Source: a bacterium (GTDB lineage: Bacteria; UBA8248; JACPRG01; G963555815). Taken from it: 64,000 nt of DNA. Below the pieces are notes generated by a model. The model ran no database searches and was not told the DNA's origin. It worked only from the letters and a program-made list of their open reading frames with translations. Position numbers and translations under genes: made by a program. Positions 36,154 through 46,186 of the stretch are shown here, piece by piece. Positions within the stretch are counted from its first letter, which is position 1. The number at the start of each line of letters is the position of its first letter. Location of the stretch: contig CAUVWX020000001.1 of assembly GCA_963555815.3 (NCBI GenBank), forward strand, positions 352,001-416,000, in the 5' to 3' direction.

Positions 36154-36335
36154 AGAGGCCGATAGTCCCAAGTGGGATCGGTGAGGGAACGCGGTGAGCC
36201 CGAAAGAGGGTGATTCCGCGGCTGCCCCGCAACTGTGAACGGGGACGAAATCTGCAAGTAGCCACTACCCCTTCGGGGGTGGGAAGGCGCAGAGAGTAGG
36301 ACGATCCGTAAGCCAGGATACCTCATACGGCCTCT
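36154..36335 (+). ncRNA. Cobalamin riboswitch
   Basis: AGGGAACGCGGTGA...CTGCCCCGCAACTGT...GCCACT...GGGAAGG...AGCCAGGATACCT; closing pair AGAGGCCG/CGGCCTCT; upstream of btu genes; TTGACA-17-TAAGAA at 36117-36145. Confidence 0.95.
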
Positions 36336-36388
36336 CCCAGTGGACCTTCCGAGGGGGAGGGAAAGCAGGTGGGTCGGTTTTTTCAGTG

Positions 36389-36424
36389 AGCCCGGCGCTC
36401 TTTCTCCTGAGGCCGGGTTTTTTC
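36389..36424 (+). terminator. Riboswitch-controlled intrinsic terminator
   Basis: AGCCCGGC...GCCGGGTT followed by a T run. Confidence 0.7.
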
Positions 36425-36544
36425 TTTCCCGCCTTTTCTGCCTCTCCTTGCTAGGTTTCTAGGCCTCGGAAGCGTCCGTGACCAAAGCCATCTGATGGGC
36501 CACTGCCCCTTCCGGGGCAGAATTCCGCCCAGGGGGTCACGCGC

Positions 36545-37450
36545 TTGAAGGCAAGTCGGGGATTTTCAGGAGGGAAAGCCCTCCTCCTGCTCATCGTTGG
36601 GGTGACGGCGTGGGCGGGGAGCGGGGTCTGGCGGACGGTTCAGTCGGGCCATGAGCTTTGCTCTCAACCCACGGCCGATCTCCGCCCGCGCCGGATTGTC
36701 AGTCTCGCCCTGGTCACGGACGAGATCCTCGTCCACCTGGTCTCGAAGGATCGGATCGCGGCACTCCACCCTATTTCGGCCGATCCCACCTTCTCCAACA
36801 TCGCCAACCAGGTGGCCAAGATTCCAAAGATCCAGCCTGACACCGAGGTCATCCTCCGCCTACGGCCGGATCTGGTTTTAGCGGCCTCCTTCAACGGCCC
36901 CCACCTTCTGGGAAACCTCCGGCGCCTGGGCTGTCAGGTGGTCGTCATGTCTCGTTTTGATTCCTTTGAGAGCATCCGCGAAAACGTGCTCCTGATAGCC
37001 CGTGCGGTGGGGGAGGAGGCCCGGGGACACGCTCTCCTGAAGGAGATGGACGAAAAACTCGAGACCATCGCACCCCTGGGAGCAAGAGGGGATCCTCCCC
37101 CACAAGTCCTCTTCATCGGCCCCTCGGGGTTTACCGCCGGACGGGGGACCACCGTGAGCGAGGTCATCCGTCTGGCGGGCGGGCATAACGTCGCCGGGGG
37201 GATCCTGAAAGGGATCGGGCGCCTTTCTCCTGAGGTCCTGTTGAAGCTCAAGCCCGACGTCCTCCTTCGAACTTCCTATGCCCCTCTGGACCCTGCCACA
37301 AAGTGGCTCTTCTCATTGCAGGCGCAGATGGGAGGAGGAGACCCCCGAGAGGTGGTTATTGATGCAAAGCGTCTCTTGTCCGTCTCTCCCTATCTTGCTT
37401 CGGCCGTTGAGGAGCTTGGGGTGGCCCTGAAAAAAGAGGAAATGAGATGA
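36545..37450 (+). CDS. btuF: Cobalamin ABC transporter substrate-binding protein
   Basis: PRRIVSL, E.IL.L.PDLVL, AGG.N; first gene after the B12 riboswitch. Confidence 0.85.
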   Translation: MKASRGFSGGKALLLLIVGVTAWAGSGVWRTVQSGHELCSQPTADLRPRRIVSLALVTDEILVHLVSKDRIAALHPISADPTFSNIANQVAKIPKIQPDTEVILRLRPDLVLAASFNGPHLLGNLRRLGCQVVVMSRFDSFESIRENVLLIARAVGEEARGHALLKEMDEKLETIAPLGARGDPPPQVLFIGPSGFTAGRGTTVSEVIRLAGGHNVAGGILKGIGRLSPEVLLKLKPDVLLRTSYAPLDPATKWLFSLQAQMGGGDPREVVIDAKRLLSVSPYLASAVEELGVALKKEEMR

Positions 37451-38475
37451 AGAGACTGAGGCCCTCCTGGGTCCTTTCCCTCCTCGCCCTGGCATTTTTG
37501 GGCGCCGTCCTGCTTGGGTTCTCCATTGGCTCGGTCCACATCGGCCTTGGGACTACCTTCAAGGTGCTCCTGAAGACCCTGGGGTTTCCCTTCGAGACGG
37601 CCCCCGAGGACGAGGTCATTTTGCTCCTGCTGCGTCTTCCCCGCGTGGCGAAGGCAGCCCTCGTGGGAGGGGGTCTCGCCCTTTCTGGGGTCCTGATGCA
37701 GGCCGTCTTTCGAAACCCCCTGGCCGACCCAGCCCTTCTCGGCGTCTCCAGCGGGGGGGCCCTGGCTGCCGTGATCGCCCTAAGCCTGGGGGCCGCCTTT
37801 GCGGGGGCCTGGACCGTCCCCCTGGTGGCCTTTGTCGGGGCGGTGGCCGCCTCGGCAGCGGTCCTGGCCATAGGGGGGATCCGACGCAAGGCTCATCTCC
37901 TCACCCTACTCCTCGGTGGGCTTGCGGTGAATGCCATGGCCGCGGCGCTAATCTCCCTTATCCTCCTTCGCTCAGCCACATCTGACGAAGTCCGCACACT
38001 CCTCTTCTGGCTCATGGGAAGCGTGGAGTCCCAGGGATGGACCGAGGTGACGGTCCTCTTTTTCCTCATCCTTGCCGGTGGTATCCCAGCCTTCCTCAGC
38101 AGCAGGGCCTTGAATATCCTCCTCCTGGACGACGCCGAGGCCCAAAGCCTGGGCCTTGCCGTACGAAAATTCCGCCTCTGGATGCTCGTGATCAACGCCC
38201 TGGTGGCCGGTGCCGCGGTGGCCGTGAGCGGCGTCATCGGATTCATCGGCCTGATGGTCCCCCATATGGGACGGCGTCTCACCGGACCTGACCACCGCCT
38301 CCTCCTCCCAGTCAGCATCCTGGGGGGGGCGATCCTCCTCATCGGCGCTGATCTCATTTCCCGAAGCGTCGTTGGACCGGTGGAGATCCGCGTAGGCATC
38401 GTCATGGCCCTTCTCGGGGCTCCGGTGTTCCTCATCCTTCTCCTCAGCCGGAAGGGGACGAGGGAGCTCTTGTGA
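37447..38475 (+). CDS. btuC: Cobalamin ABC permease (FecCD family)
   Basis: RLPR, FRNPLADP.LLGVSSG, GVIGFIGLMVPH. Confidence 0.9.
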   Translation: MKRLRPSWVLSLLALAFLGAVLLGFSIGSVHIGLGTTFKVLLKTLGFPFETAPEDEVILLLLRLPRVAKAALVGGGLALSGVLMQAVFRNPLADPALLGVSSGGALAAVIALSLGAAFAGAWTVPLVAFVGAVAASAAVLAIGGIRRKAHLLTLLLGGLAVNAMAAALISLILLRSATSDEVRTLLFWLMGSVESQGWTEVTVLFFLILAGGIPAFLSSRALNILLLDDAEAQSLGLAVRKFRLWMLVINALVAGAAVAVSGVIGFIGLMVPHMGRRLTGPDHRLLLPVSILGGAILLIGADLISRSVVGPVEIRVGIVMALLGAPVFLILLLSRKGTRELL

Positions 38476-39287
38476 TGACTCAGGAAGGTCTCCACATCGA
38501 AGGGGTGAGCGCCACACTGGGTGGGAAGACCATCCTGAACGAGATCAGTTTCGATGTGCGCCCCGGAGAGATGGTCGGGGTCCTCGGGCCGAACGGCGCG
38601 GGGAAATCTTCCCTCCTTCACGTCCTGGCCGGCCTCCTTTCGCCTGAAGGTGGCCAAGTTCGACTCGACGGCATGGACCTTCAAAACCTTTCGGTCCGAC
38701 AGCGGGGGCGTCTTGTGGCCCTGGTCCCTCAACAGCCCGCCGTCGCCTTCGGGTTTCCTTGCCATCAGGTGGTCTTAATGGGGCGATATCCCCACCTGGG
38801 ATGGCTTGAACAGGAGAGCGCAACGGACCAAGAGATCACCCTTGAATCCATGGCAATGACCGAGTGTGCGAACCTTTCAGACCGACCCATCACCCAAGTG
38901 TCAGGTGGAGAACGCCGGCGCGTCTTTCTCGCCCGCGCCCTTGCCCAGCGCCCCCGCCTCCTTCTCCTGGATGAGCCGACGGCCGATCAGGACCTTCGCC
39001 ATCAGGTCCTGCTCCTCGAGCGCCTGAGCTCCTGGGTGGGCCAAAAGGCTTTTGGGGTCGCGACCTTTCACGACGTGAACCTGGCCGCTCGGTTCTCCGG
39101 GCGCCTTCTCCTTCTCTCACAAGGGGAGGCCGTTCGCTTTGGCCCCCCGGCTGAGGTCCTGACGCCCGCCAATATCGAGTCGGTCTACGGGATTTCCGTC
39201 TCTATCGTCGGCGGTCCCCCTCCTCAGCCCCACGCCATCATCCCCCTGCTACCCAGGGGGAGCCACCAAATGGATAAACCTTCATGA
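38472..39287 (+). CDS. btuD: Cobalamin ABC ATP-binding protein
   Basis: GPNGAGKS, VSGGE, LLLDEPT. Confidence 0.88.
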   Translation: MMTQEGLHIEGVSATLGGKTILNEISFDVRPGEMVGVLGPNGAGKSSLLHVLAGLLSPEGGQVRLDGMDLQNLSVRQRGRLVALVPQQPAVAFGFPCHQVVLMGRYPHLGWLEQESATDQEITLESMAMTECANLSDRPITQVSGGERRRVFLARALAQRPRLLLLDEPTADQDLRHQVLLLERLSSWVGQKAFGVATFHDVNLAARFSGRLLLLSQGEAVRFGPPAEVLTPANIESVYGISVSIVGGPPPQPHAIIPLLPRGSHQMDKPS

Positions 39288-41245
39288 AACTTCCGAGAAA
39301 AGGAAAATGGATCCTGGCCCTCATGGCAGTCTCTGTCATCTCCCTGGCCCAGAGAGGAGAGTCACAGGAGACCACGTTCAGGGCGCTTGTGGTGACGGCG
39401 ACGCGAACGCCGGAGCCCCAGGAGAGACTCGGTACGCCGGTGACAATCCTCACCCAAGAGGACCTGCGCGCGGCCGGGGTGGACCTCCGCGACGCGCTTC
39501 GGACTGTACCCGGCCTCGCCGTCGTGGGACAGGGAGGCCGCAGCGCGACCACCTCTATCTTTTCGCGGGGTGGAGAATCCAACTTCAATCTGATCCTCAT
39601 TGACGGAGTGAAGGTCAACTCCGCCGGTGGCGATTTCGACTTCGGCGATCTGACGCTGGACAACATCGAGCGGATTGAAATCCTGCGCGGCCCGCAAAGT
39701 GCCCTGTACGGTTCCGAGGCCGTGGCCTCGGTTATTCAGATCATCACAAAAAAAGGGCAAGGCGCCCCAACGGCAGACCTTGACTTCCAGGGCGGTAGTT
39801 TTGCAACGCTTGAAGAGCGGGCCAGCTTCCAATTTGGGAGAGATGATTTCGGTTTTTCCGTCGGCGTCAGCCGGATAGACACCGACGGCCACCTGGCCGT
39901 GAACAATGAATTCCGAAACACCATCGTATCTTCGAGAGCCGATTACTCGATGGGGAACTGGCTCCAGACGCAATTGTCTCTGCGCTATTCTGACTCCAGA
40001 AACCATTTCCCCACCGGAAGCGCGGGAGACCGCTTCGACACGCCTGATCCCAACCAGTTCTTGGATCGTAAACGGCTGGTGCTGAGCCCCCGGATCGAGG
40101 CCCAGGCTTTTCCCTGGTGGAACCACGTTCTCCAGCTCGGCTATTCTCACGAAAATCGGTTTTTCGACGACCCGGCGGATGCCGGTGTGGACTTCTTCGG
40201 AGCCTTCCAATCCGACACCGATGAAGACAGGATTTCGGCCGACTATCTCTGGCACTTCGGACCCTGGGCGGCCATGGAGCTGAACGCTCGGCCGACCTTC
40301 GGTTTCGCGGCGGAAGAGGAATCCATCGACCGAACCTCCATCAGCGCCGGCACGCAAACCATCCTGGATGTGTCCCGAACCAACTACGCCTTCTTCACCC
40401 AACTTCAGCTTTCCTTCCAAGACCGGCTGTTCTTCACCCCAGGCTTCCGGTTCGACGACAACGGCAACTTCGGCACTGCGGTCAGCCCTAAGTTTCCCCT
40501 GGCATACCTGATCCCGACGTGGGGGACCAAGCTGCGGGGCTCCTATGCTGAGGGAATCAAGGCACCCACCTTCATTGAGGTCTTCGGCATAAGCACCCTG
40601 ATAGGGAATCGAAACCTGGGTCCCGAAGAAGCAAGAAGCTGGGAGATTGGATTCGACCAGGACCTGTGGAAAAACCGGGTCCACTTCGGCTTCACGTATT
40701 TTCACAACCGCTTCAAGAACCTTATCGCCTTTGTCTCCGGTCCGGGGCCGAATTTCCTCAACATCCAGGAGGCAGAAACCAAAGGGGCGGAGATCACCCT
40801 TTCCGCTTCCCCCGGCTTCGGCTTCACCCTCCGCGGGAGCTACACCCTGACCGATACCGAGGTGGTGGACAATGGGGGTGTGGGGGGGCTATCTTTCATC
40901 GAAGGGCAGGAACTCCTTAGGCGTGCGAAACACAGGGGATCCTTCCAGGCTGGATATCAAGGAAAGCACCTTCAAGGAATGCTCACCCTTCTGGTGGTCG
41001 GCGACGCGAGCGATCTGAACTTCTCGCAATTTCCCTCTCGTCGGATCACGTTAGGCGGGTACGAGCATGTCGACCTCTACTTGTCTTATCCACTTCCATG
41101 GAAGTTACCTGGAGTCCGAACCGCAAGGCTGCAGGTACAGGTGAAAAACCTATTGGATGAGAATTACGAGGAGGTGTTCGGATTCAGCACGCCTGGGGTG
41201 TCCGCTATAGGAGGGCTCAAGTTGGAGTTCGGAGGGAGTTCCTAA
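39284..41245 (+). CDS. btuB: TonB-dependent receptor, BtuB-like
   Basis: VVTATRT TonB box, IERIEILRGPQSALYGS plug, beta-barrel. Confidence 0.88.
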   Translation: MKLPRKGKWILALMAVSVISLAQRGESQETTFRALVVTATRTPEPQERLGTPVTILTQEDLRAAGVDLRDALRTVPGLAVVGQGGRSATTSIFSRGGESNFNLILIDGVKVNSAGGDFDFGDLTLDNIERIEILRGPQSALYGSEAVASVIQIITKKGQGAPTADLDFQGGSFATLEERASFQFGRDDFGFSVGVSRIDTDGHLAVNNEFRNTIVSSRADYSMGNWLQTQLSLRYSDSRNHFPTGSAGDRFDTPDPNQFLDRKRLVLSPRIEAQAFPWWNHVLQLGYSHENRFFDDPADAGVDFFGAFQSDTDEDRISADYLWHFGPWAAMELNARPTFGFAAEEESIDRTSISAGTQTILDVSRTNYAFFTQLQLSFQDRLFFTPGFRFDDNGNFGTAVSPKFPLAYLIPTWGTKLRGSYAEGIKAPTFIEVFGISTLIGNRNLGPEEARSWEIGFDQDLWKNRVHFGFTYFHNRFKNLIAFVSGPGPNFLNIQEAETKGAEITLSASPGFGFTLRGSYTLTDTEVVDNGGVGGLSFIEGQELLRRAKHRGSFQAGYQGKHLQGMLTLLVVGDASDLNFSQFPSRRITLGGYEHVDLYLSYPLPWKLPGVRTARLQVQVKNLLDENYEEVFGFSTPGVSAIGGLKLEFGGSS

Positions 41246-41259
41246 GGAGTACCGACACC

Positions 41260-42261
41260 GTGAGAGACACACCCCAGCCCGCCGCCCCTGCCAAGAAAGG
41301 CCCGAGCCACGGGAGGACAATGGGCCCGCCGGGAGGTTTCTTGCGACGGGCACTCGCCCTCTCGATTTTCATCCACCTCGCAGGGGCCGTCGGGGTCATG
41401 TCACTTCTACTCTATCAGGGAAATCCTGACGAAAAGGCCCTGGGACGCGGTCCCATCCGAGTCTCGCCCTATCCCGCAGAGCCTACGCCAAACCTCCAGA
41501 AAAGTGAGGAAGCGGATCTCCTAAAAACTTCAGAGGGTGCTGGTCAAAACGAACAGGCTGTTCTCCATCGGTCTTCCCTTGCCGCCCCTCAAGAGGAACC
41601 TGAAGAGACCGACAGCCCGGCTTCAAGACCCACGCTACGGTTCGAAAGGACGTCGGAAGACTCCTTCTTCCCTGAGGAGACACTTCCCTCCCTTGTCTTA
41701 TCGGCGATGGAGGAAAACACCGAAGATATCCAGCCCTCATTCCCAACAGAGGCGCCCCGTCCCCTAACCCGGCAGATTCGGAAGCGAGAAACAGCTGTCG
41801 TCTCTTTGCCACCTCCCCACCTTCCCGATGTGGAAGACACTGAGGGCGCTCCGGTTGAGGTTCCGGAAGAGGAAGCGGGGGACCATCCGCCAGAACTTCA
41901 GCCCGCCGCTGAAACGGCACTGGGACCTGAGGAGGAATCCAATCCACTCAGAGATGGGGTGGCACGAGAAGAGAAGGCGCGGGGCACTCCTGTTCGGGTC
42001 TTCGCCGACCATCGGGTTCTTCCCCGTTATCCACTCATCGCCCGGCGCCAGGGGCTTCAAGGGACCACCCTTCTTCGGATTCAGATCAAACCCGACGGGC
42101 GGGTGGCAAAAATTCTCCTCCTTCAATCCTCGGGCCATTCCTCTTTGGATGAATCGGCCACCGAGGCGGTCCACCTCTGGAGATTTGGGTTCGAAGGGGA
42201 CCCTCCCCCTTCGGGAATGTGGGCAATCCTTCCGGTCCGCTTCGAGCTCAGGGGGCAGTAG
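41260..42261 (+). CDS. tonB: TonB family energy transducer
   Basis: N-terminal SxxxH TM helix, acidic Pro-rich linker, YPLIARRQG.QG...SSGH..LD C-domain. Confidence 0.85.
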   Translation: MRDTPQPAAPAKKGPSHGRTMGPPGGFLRRALALSIFIHLAGAVGVMSLLLYQGNPDEKALGRGPIRVSPYPAEPTPNLQKSEEADLLKTSEGAGQNEQAVLHRSSLAAPQEEPEETDSPASRPTLRFERTSEDSFFPEETLPSLVLSAMEENTEDIQPSFPTEAPRPLTRQIRKRETAVVSLPPPHLPDVEDTEGAPVEVPEEEAGDHPPELQPAAETALGPEEESNPLRDGVAREEKARGTPVRVFADHRVLPRYPLIARRQGLQGTTLLRIQIKPDGRVAKILLLQSSGHSSLDESATEAVHLWRFGFEGDPPPSGMWAILPVRFELRGQ

Positions 42262-43048
42262 CGTCCAGCCGGGGGGGTCCCGCCGGTGTTTTTCTCATCA
42301 CGTTTGTGTCACCCGATTCCTGTGTATCTCTGAATTCGTAGGTGGACACTATCTGCGATGGATCCACGGGCGAGAGATCCACGGGCAGCAGGTCGGCGAA
42401 GTACCTGGTGTCGCGCGAGACCACCTCGCCGACGGTGATGCCGACGGGCCGGTTGAAGATCGGTCCGTCGTAGACGTATGAGTGAAACTCGCCATTTTCA
42501 CCGCATGGATCGACACCTTCGGGAAGGTCGCGGATCAGATCGGCGTCGATCGCACGGCCGGCGAATCCCTCTCCAAGTTTCTTTCCGTCTACACAACAGA
42601 GACGCGCCTTGAAGCCCAGATCAATGAACGCATGCACCAATTCCGTCGTGTCACGGCGCCAGATCGGGAAAATCCCTTTCATGTCGACCTTTGCCAGGTT
42701 GCGCTCGCGGTATTCACGCAGATCCTGAAGGAAGATGTCTCCGAACGCGACCGTCAGGACGCCGGCGTCCTTGTAATCGAGCATCACCTTCTTCATCGCC
42801 GCTTCGTAGTCTGTGTTGGTGCAAACGTACGAGGGCAGATACAACTTGTGTAGTCGTACACCCAGGGCCGCAGCCTGCTGTTCCAACAGCTCCGTACGCA
42901 CGCCGTGGTGACTGATGCGCTCATACTGCTTGGCGACCGTTGCGAGGAGTGACACGACCTCGTAACGGTCACTCCTGAGCAACTCATAGAGCGCTAACGC
43001 ACTGTCCTTGCCGCCGCTCCATGAAAGCACAATCTTTTCTTTTCCCAT
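42248..43048 (-). CDS. Diphthine-ammonia ligase-like (Dph6/DUF71) PP-loop ATPase
   Basis: SWSGGKDS, FGDIFL, DPCGENGEFHS.VYDGPIF. Confidence 0.9.
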   Translation of the reverse strand: MGKEKIVLSWSGGKDSALALYELLRSDRYEVVSLLATVAKQYERISHHGVRTELLEQQAAALGVRLHKLYLPSYVCTNTDYEAAMKKVMLDYKDAGVLTVAFGDIFLQDLREYRERNLAKVDMKGIFPIWRRDTTELVHAFIDLGFKARLCCVDGKKLGEGFAGRAIDADLIRDLPEGVDPCGENGEFHSYVYDGPIFNRPVGITVGEVVSRDTRYFADLLPVDLSPVDPSQIVSTYEFRDTQESGDTNVMRKTPAGPPRLDATAP

Positions 43049-43211
43049 GCGCCTTTATATCCCCCGGCTTAAACGGCTCTCGGCCTCGGATGGGCGGTCC
43101 GCGAGACGAACACGGCCGCCCTCTCTACGGATGCCTCTCAAGCGTGGCGGGCGTTTGGTGAGCGAATGATACTGGCAGGTGAAATTGTGAAGGGGGCCTC
43201 TTTGCCCCTCC

Positions 43212-45794
43212 TTAAAATCCCTCATCTTCCTCATCGGGGATGATGGCGGGGAGATCCGGTTCATCTTCGGGGAAGTCTTCCGAACGGGCGGCCGCCTCTT
43301 CCTCTTCCTCCTGAGCGTGCGGCGCCGGCGCTCCCGCCCGTCCAAATTCCCGAAGGCCCTCGGCGAGCTCCTGGAAGCGGCGGTTCACGCGATCATGGAC
43401 AGACCCCTCGGTGAAGTTCCCGTCGGGCTCCATCTTTCCGGCCGGAGTGCCCGTGAGGACCTCGATCCCACCGTCCACCGTCGAGACCGGATAGACGTGG
43501 AACTGTCCAGCCGCCACGGCCTCGACGACATCGTCTCGGAGCATGAGGTGAGGGATATTCTGATGGGGGATGAGCACCCCCTGATCCCCCGTCAGACCCT
43601 TGGCCTTGCAGACATCGAAGAAGCCTTCGACCTTCTCATTGACGCCGCCGATGGGCTGGATCTCCCCCTTCTGATTGACGGAGCCGGTCACCGCGATCCC
43701 CTGCCGCATGGGCAGGCCCGAGAGGCTGGAAAGGAGGGCGTAGAGTTCTGTGGAGGAAGCGCTGTCCCCCTCGATACCCTCATAGGACTGCTCGAAGCAG
43801 AGGCTTGCCGACACGGACATGGGCCGCCCAGAGCCGTACTTGCCCCCTAGATAGCCACTGAGGATGAGAACCCCCTTGTCGTGAATGCGGCCGCTCAGCT
43901 TCGACTCCCGCTCGATGTTGATAACTCCCTCTTCTCCCATATAGGTCTCGATTGTAATCCGCGAGGGCTTGCCGAAGCGATAGTCGCCGAGGTCATAGAC
44001 GGCCAGGCCGTTGATCTGGCCAACCTTTTCCCCTTCGATGTCCACCAGGATGATGCCGTCGGTGATGAACTCTTGGAGGCGCTCCTCTGTCAGATTGGAT
44101 CGGATGCGCCTCTCGTCGATGGCCCGCTGGACATCTTCTGCCCGGACGACAGAACTGCTGGCCTGCTCTGCCCAATAGTGGGACTCCCAGAGGAGATCCA
44201 GGATCTCGCTGAAGCGCGTCGAGAGCTTCTTCTGATCGTCCACCGTCCTGGCGGCGTATTCCACGATCCGAGCGACCGCCTCCCGGTGGAAGCCACAGAG
44301 CCCCTTCTCATCGCACTGGGCGGCGATGAAGGCGGCGTAGCCGTTGAGGTGTGCCTGGGAGCGCTCCATGCGGGTATCGAAGTCCGCCTTGACTTTGAAG
44401 ATCTTCCGAAAGTCATCCTCATACTGATAGAGAAGCTGATAGATGTCAGGGTTCCCCACCATGACCACTTTGAGCTGCGTCGGGATGGGCGTCGGCTTGG
44501 GCCCCCCGAGGGAGAAGAGGCCCATGGTCTCCCCAAGCTCCTCGATGGTCACCTGCTCGGTCTTGAGGGTCCGCTTCAGGGCGTTCCACACCCCCGGGTT
44601 GATGAGGACATCGAGCGCGTTGAGGATGAGATAGCCCCCGTTGGCCCGGCTGACGGAGCCCGCCTTGATCATCGTCACATCGGTGACATAGGTCCCGAAG
44701 ACGGCCTTCTTCTCAATGTTGCCAAAGAGGTTCTGAAAGGTCGGGTTCGTCTCCACGATGACCGGTGCGTGGTCCAGCCCCGAGTTATCGACAAAGAGGT
44801 TCACCTCGTAGCGGACAAAGGGATCCGCAGCCGGCCCCCGGGGGATCATGAAGGGGAACTGGGGGGCGTCCGGTCCGGAGTCTGAATCCCCTTCTGGCGC
44901 CTGGGGGGGTGCCCCCTCGGGCGCCTCCCGGCGAAAATCCTCAAGGTGAGAGAGCATGCTCTCTTGGATGTCCTTGAGATGGTTCAGAATCTCGGGAAAC
45001 TCCTGGTAGGCCTCTCGGATCTCCTCCATCCGGGTGCCCACGGCCATGAGCCCGACTTCCCGCTGGAGTCCCCGGGCCTTTTCCCGCATCTTCTTCTCCA
45101 ACTGCTTCATCTGCTTCACGAACTCGGCCAGCCGGCTGTTGAAAGCCATCCGCTTCTTCTCGATGGCCTCTCGAACCTCGGGGTCGAGGGCGTTATACTG
45201 CTCCTCACTGAGGATCAAGTCATTGAGCATGGGGACGAGGAGGAGGCCCTGCTGGGAACCCTGGATGGCAAAGCCCTCCGCCTTGGCGTCTTTCTCCAGC
45301 TCCTGATAGAGGGTCTGCTGGCGGGTCTGTCTCTCCTCTACGATCTGGGTACGACGCTTCTCGAACTCCTCTCCTTCAAAGGCCTTGGGGATTTCGATCC
45401 TGAGGTCCTGCAGGAGTTCCGCCATATCCTCACGAAACTTTTTGCCCCGGCCTGCCGGGAGCCTCAGGGCGACGGGGCGATCGGAGTCAGAGAAGTTGTG
45501 GACATAGCACCAGTCGTCGGGGACCGGACGATCCCGCACCTGCTCCAGACAGAAATTACGGCAGATGGAGGTCTTCCCCGTCCCGGCCAAACCCGCCACG
45601 TAGATGTTGTAACCCGGGTGGTTGATGGTAAGACCGAATTGAAGGGCGCGAGCCGCCCTGTCCTGACCCAGGATCCCTTGAACGGGCGCGATCTCCGAGG
45701 TGGTCTCAAAGGAAAAAACGGCGGGATCGCAGCGCCAACGAAGGGCCTCAGGAGGAAGCTCTCTTGCCTTCAGGCTGGTTGTCTCTTTATTCAC
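43212..45794 (-). CDS. Lon-like ATP-dependent protease (LonC/AAA family)
   Basis: GLAGTGKT, ANGGYLIL, catalytic GDSAS and IGGVNEK. Confidence 0.93.
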   Translation of the reverse strand: MNKETTSLKARELPPEALRWRCDPAVFSFETTSEIAPVQGILGQDRAARALQFGLTINHPGYNIYVAGLAGTGKTSICRNFCLEQVRDRPVPDDWCYVHNFSDSDRPVALRLPAGRGKKFREDMAELLQDLRIEIPKAFEGEEFEKRRTQIVEERQTRQQTLYQELEKDAKAEGFAIQGSQQGLLLVPMLNDLILSEEQYNALDPEVREAIEKKRMAFNSRLAEFVKQMKQLEKKMREKARGLQREVGLMAVGTRMEEIREAYQEFPEILNHLKDIQESMLSHLEDFRREAPEGAPPQAPEGDSDSGPDAPQFPFMIPRGPAADPFVRYEVNLFVDNSGLDHAPVIVETNPTFQNLFGNIEKKAVFGTYVTDVTMIKAGSVSRANGGYLILNALDVLINPGVWNALKRTLKTEQVTIEELGETMGLFSLGGPKPTPIPTQLKVVMVGNPDIYQLLYQYEDDFRKIFKVKADFDTRMERSQAHLNGYAAFIAAQCDEKGLCGFHREAVARIVEYAARTVDDQKKLSTRFSEILDLLWESHYWAEQASSSVVRAEDVQRAIDERRIRSNLTEERLQEFITDGIILVDIEGEKVGQINGLAVYDLGDYRFGKPSRITIETYMGEEGVINIERESKLSGRIHDKGVLILSGYLGGKYGSGRPMSVSASLCFEQSYEGIEGDSASSTELYALLSSLSGLPMRQGIAVTGSVNQKGEIQPIGGVNEKVEGFFDVCKAKGLTGDQGVLIPHQNIPHLMLRDDVVEAVAAGQFHVYPVSTVDGGIEVLTGTPAGKMEPDGNFTEGSVHDRVNRRFQELAEGLREFGRAGAPAPHAQEEEEEAAARSEDFPEDEPDLPAIIPDEEDEGF

Positions 45795-46186
45795 CGGTTT
45801 TCTCCACCTGTCCGCTTCCCTTTGTCCTGTTCTTCCATCAAGCCCGTCGGTGACCCACGATGGAATTCAAGATGAGAGAGGGAATCCGAAGAACTCCGCC
45901 TTGTCCTAAAACCATTGGATTCGGGAGAAGAGATATTCTCCTTTCCAGAATCTATATGTCCTTCAGTGGGTAAAATCAAGAATGACCTCGGAAAGTCCCT
46001 AAGTCGGGGTCTCCCCGAACAAACTTCAGGAAAATTAGGGGGATCGACGGCTTTGGGTGCAAAAAATATCGCAAACAAAACAAATTTTTTGCGAAAGATA
46101 GCCCCTTATTTCCAGCCTTGCGTAACGCGGAACATATGGCTCGGATTTTTAGGGCTCACGCCCAGGCGTCATATACCCCCTGCCCT

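Noticed and set aside
39362..40705. Long antisense ORFs (this one, 11326-12333, 43881-44885, 53558-54601 and others)
   Set aside because: Shadow frames of well-supported genes in GC-rich DNA
43051..43066. 15/16 match to 60897-60912 (GCCTTTATATC[C/A]CCCG) near two island edges
   Set aside because: Matches of this length are expected by chance in 64 kb, and similarity does not extend
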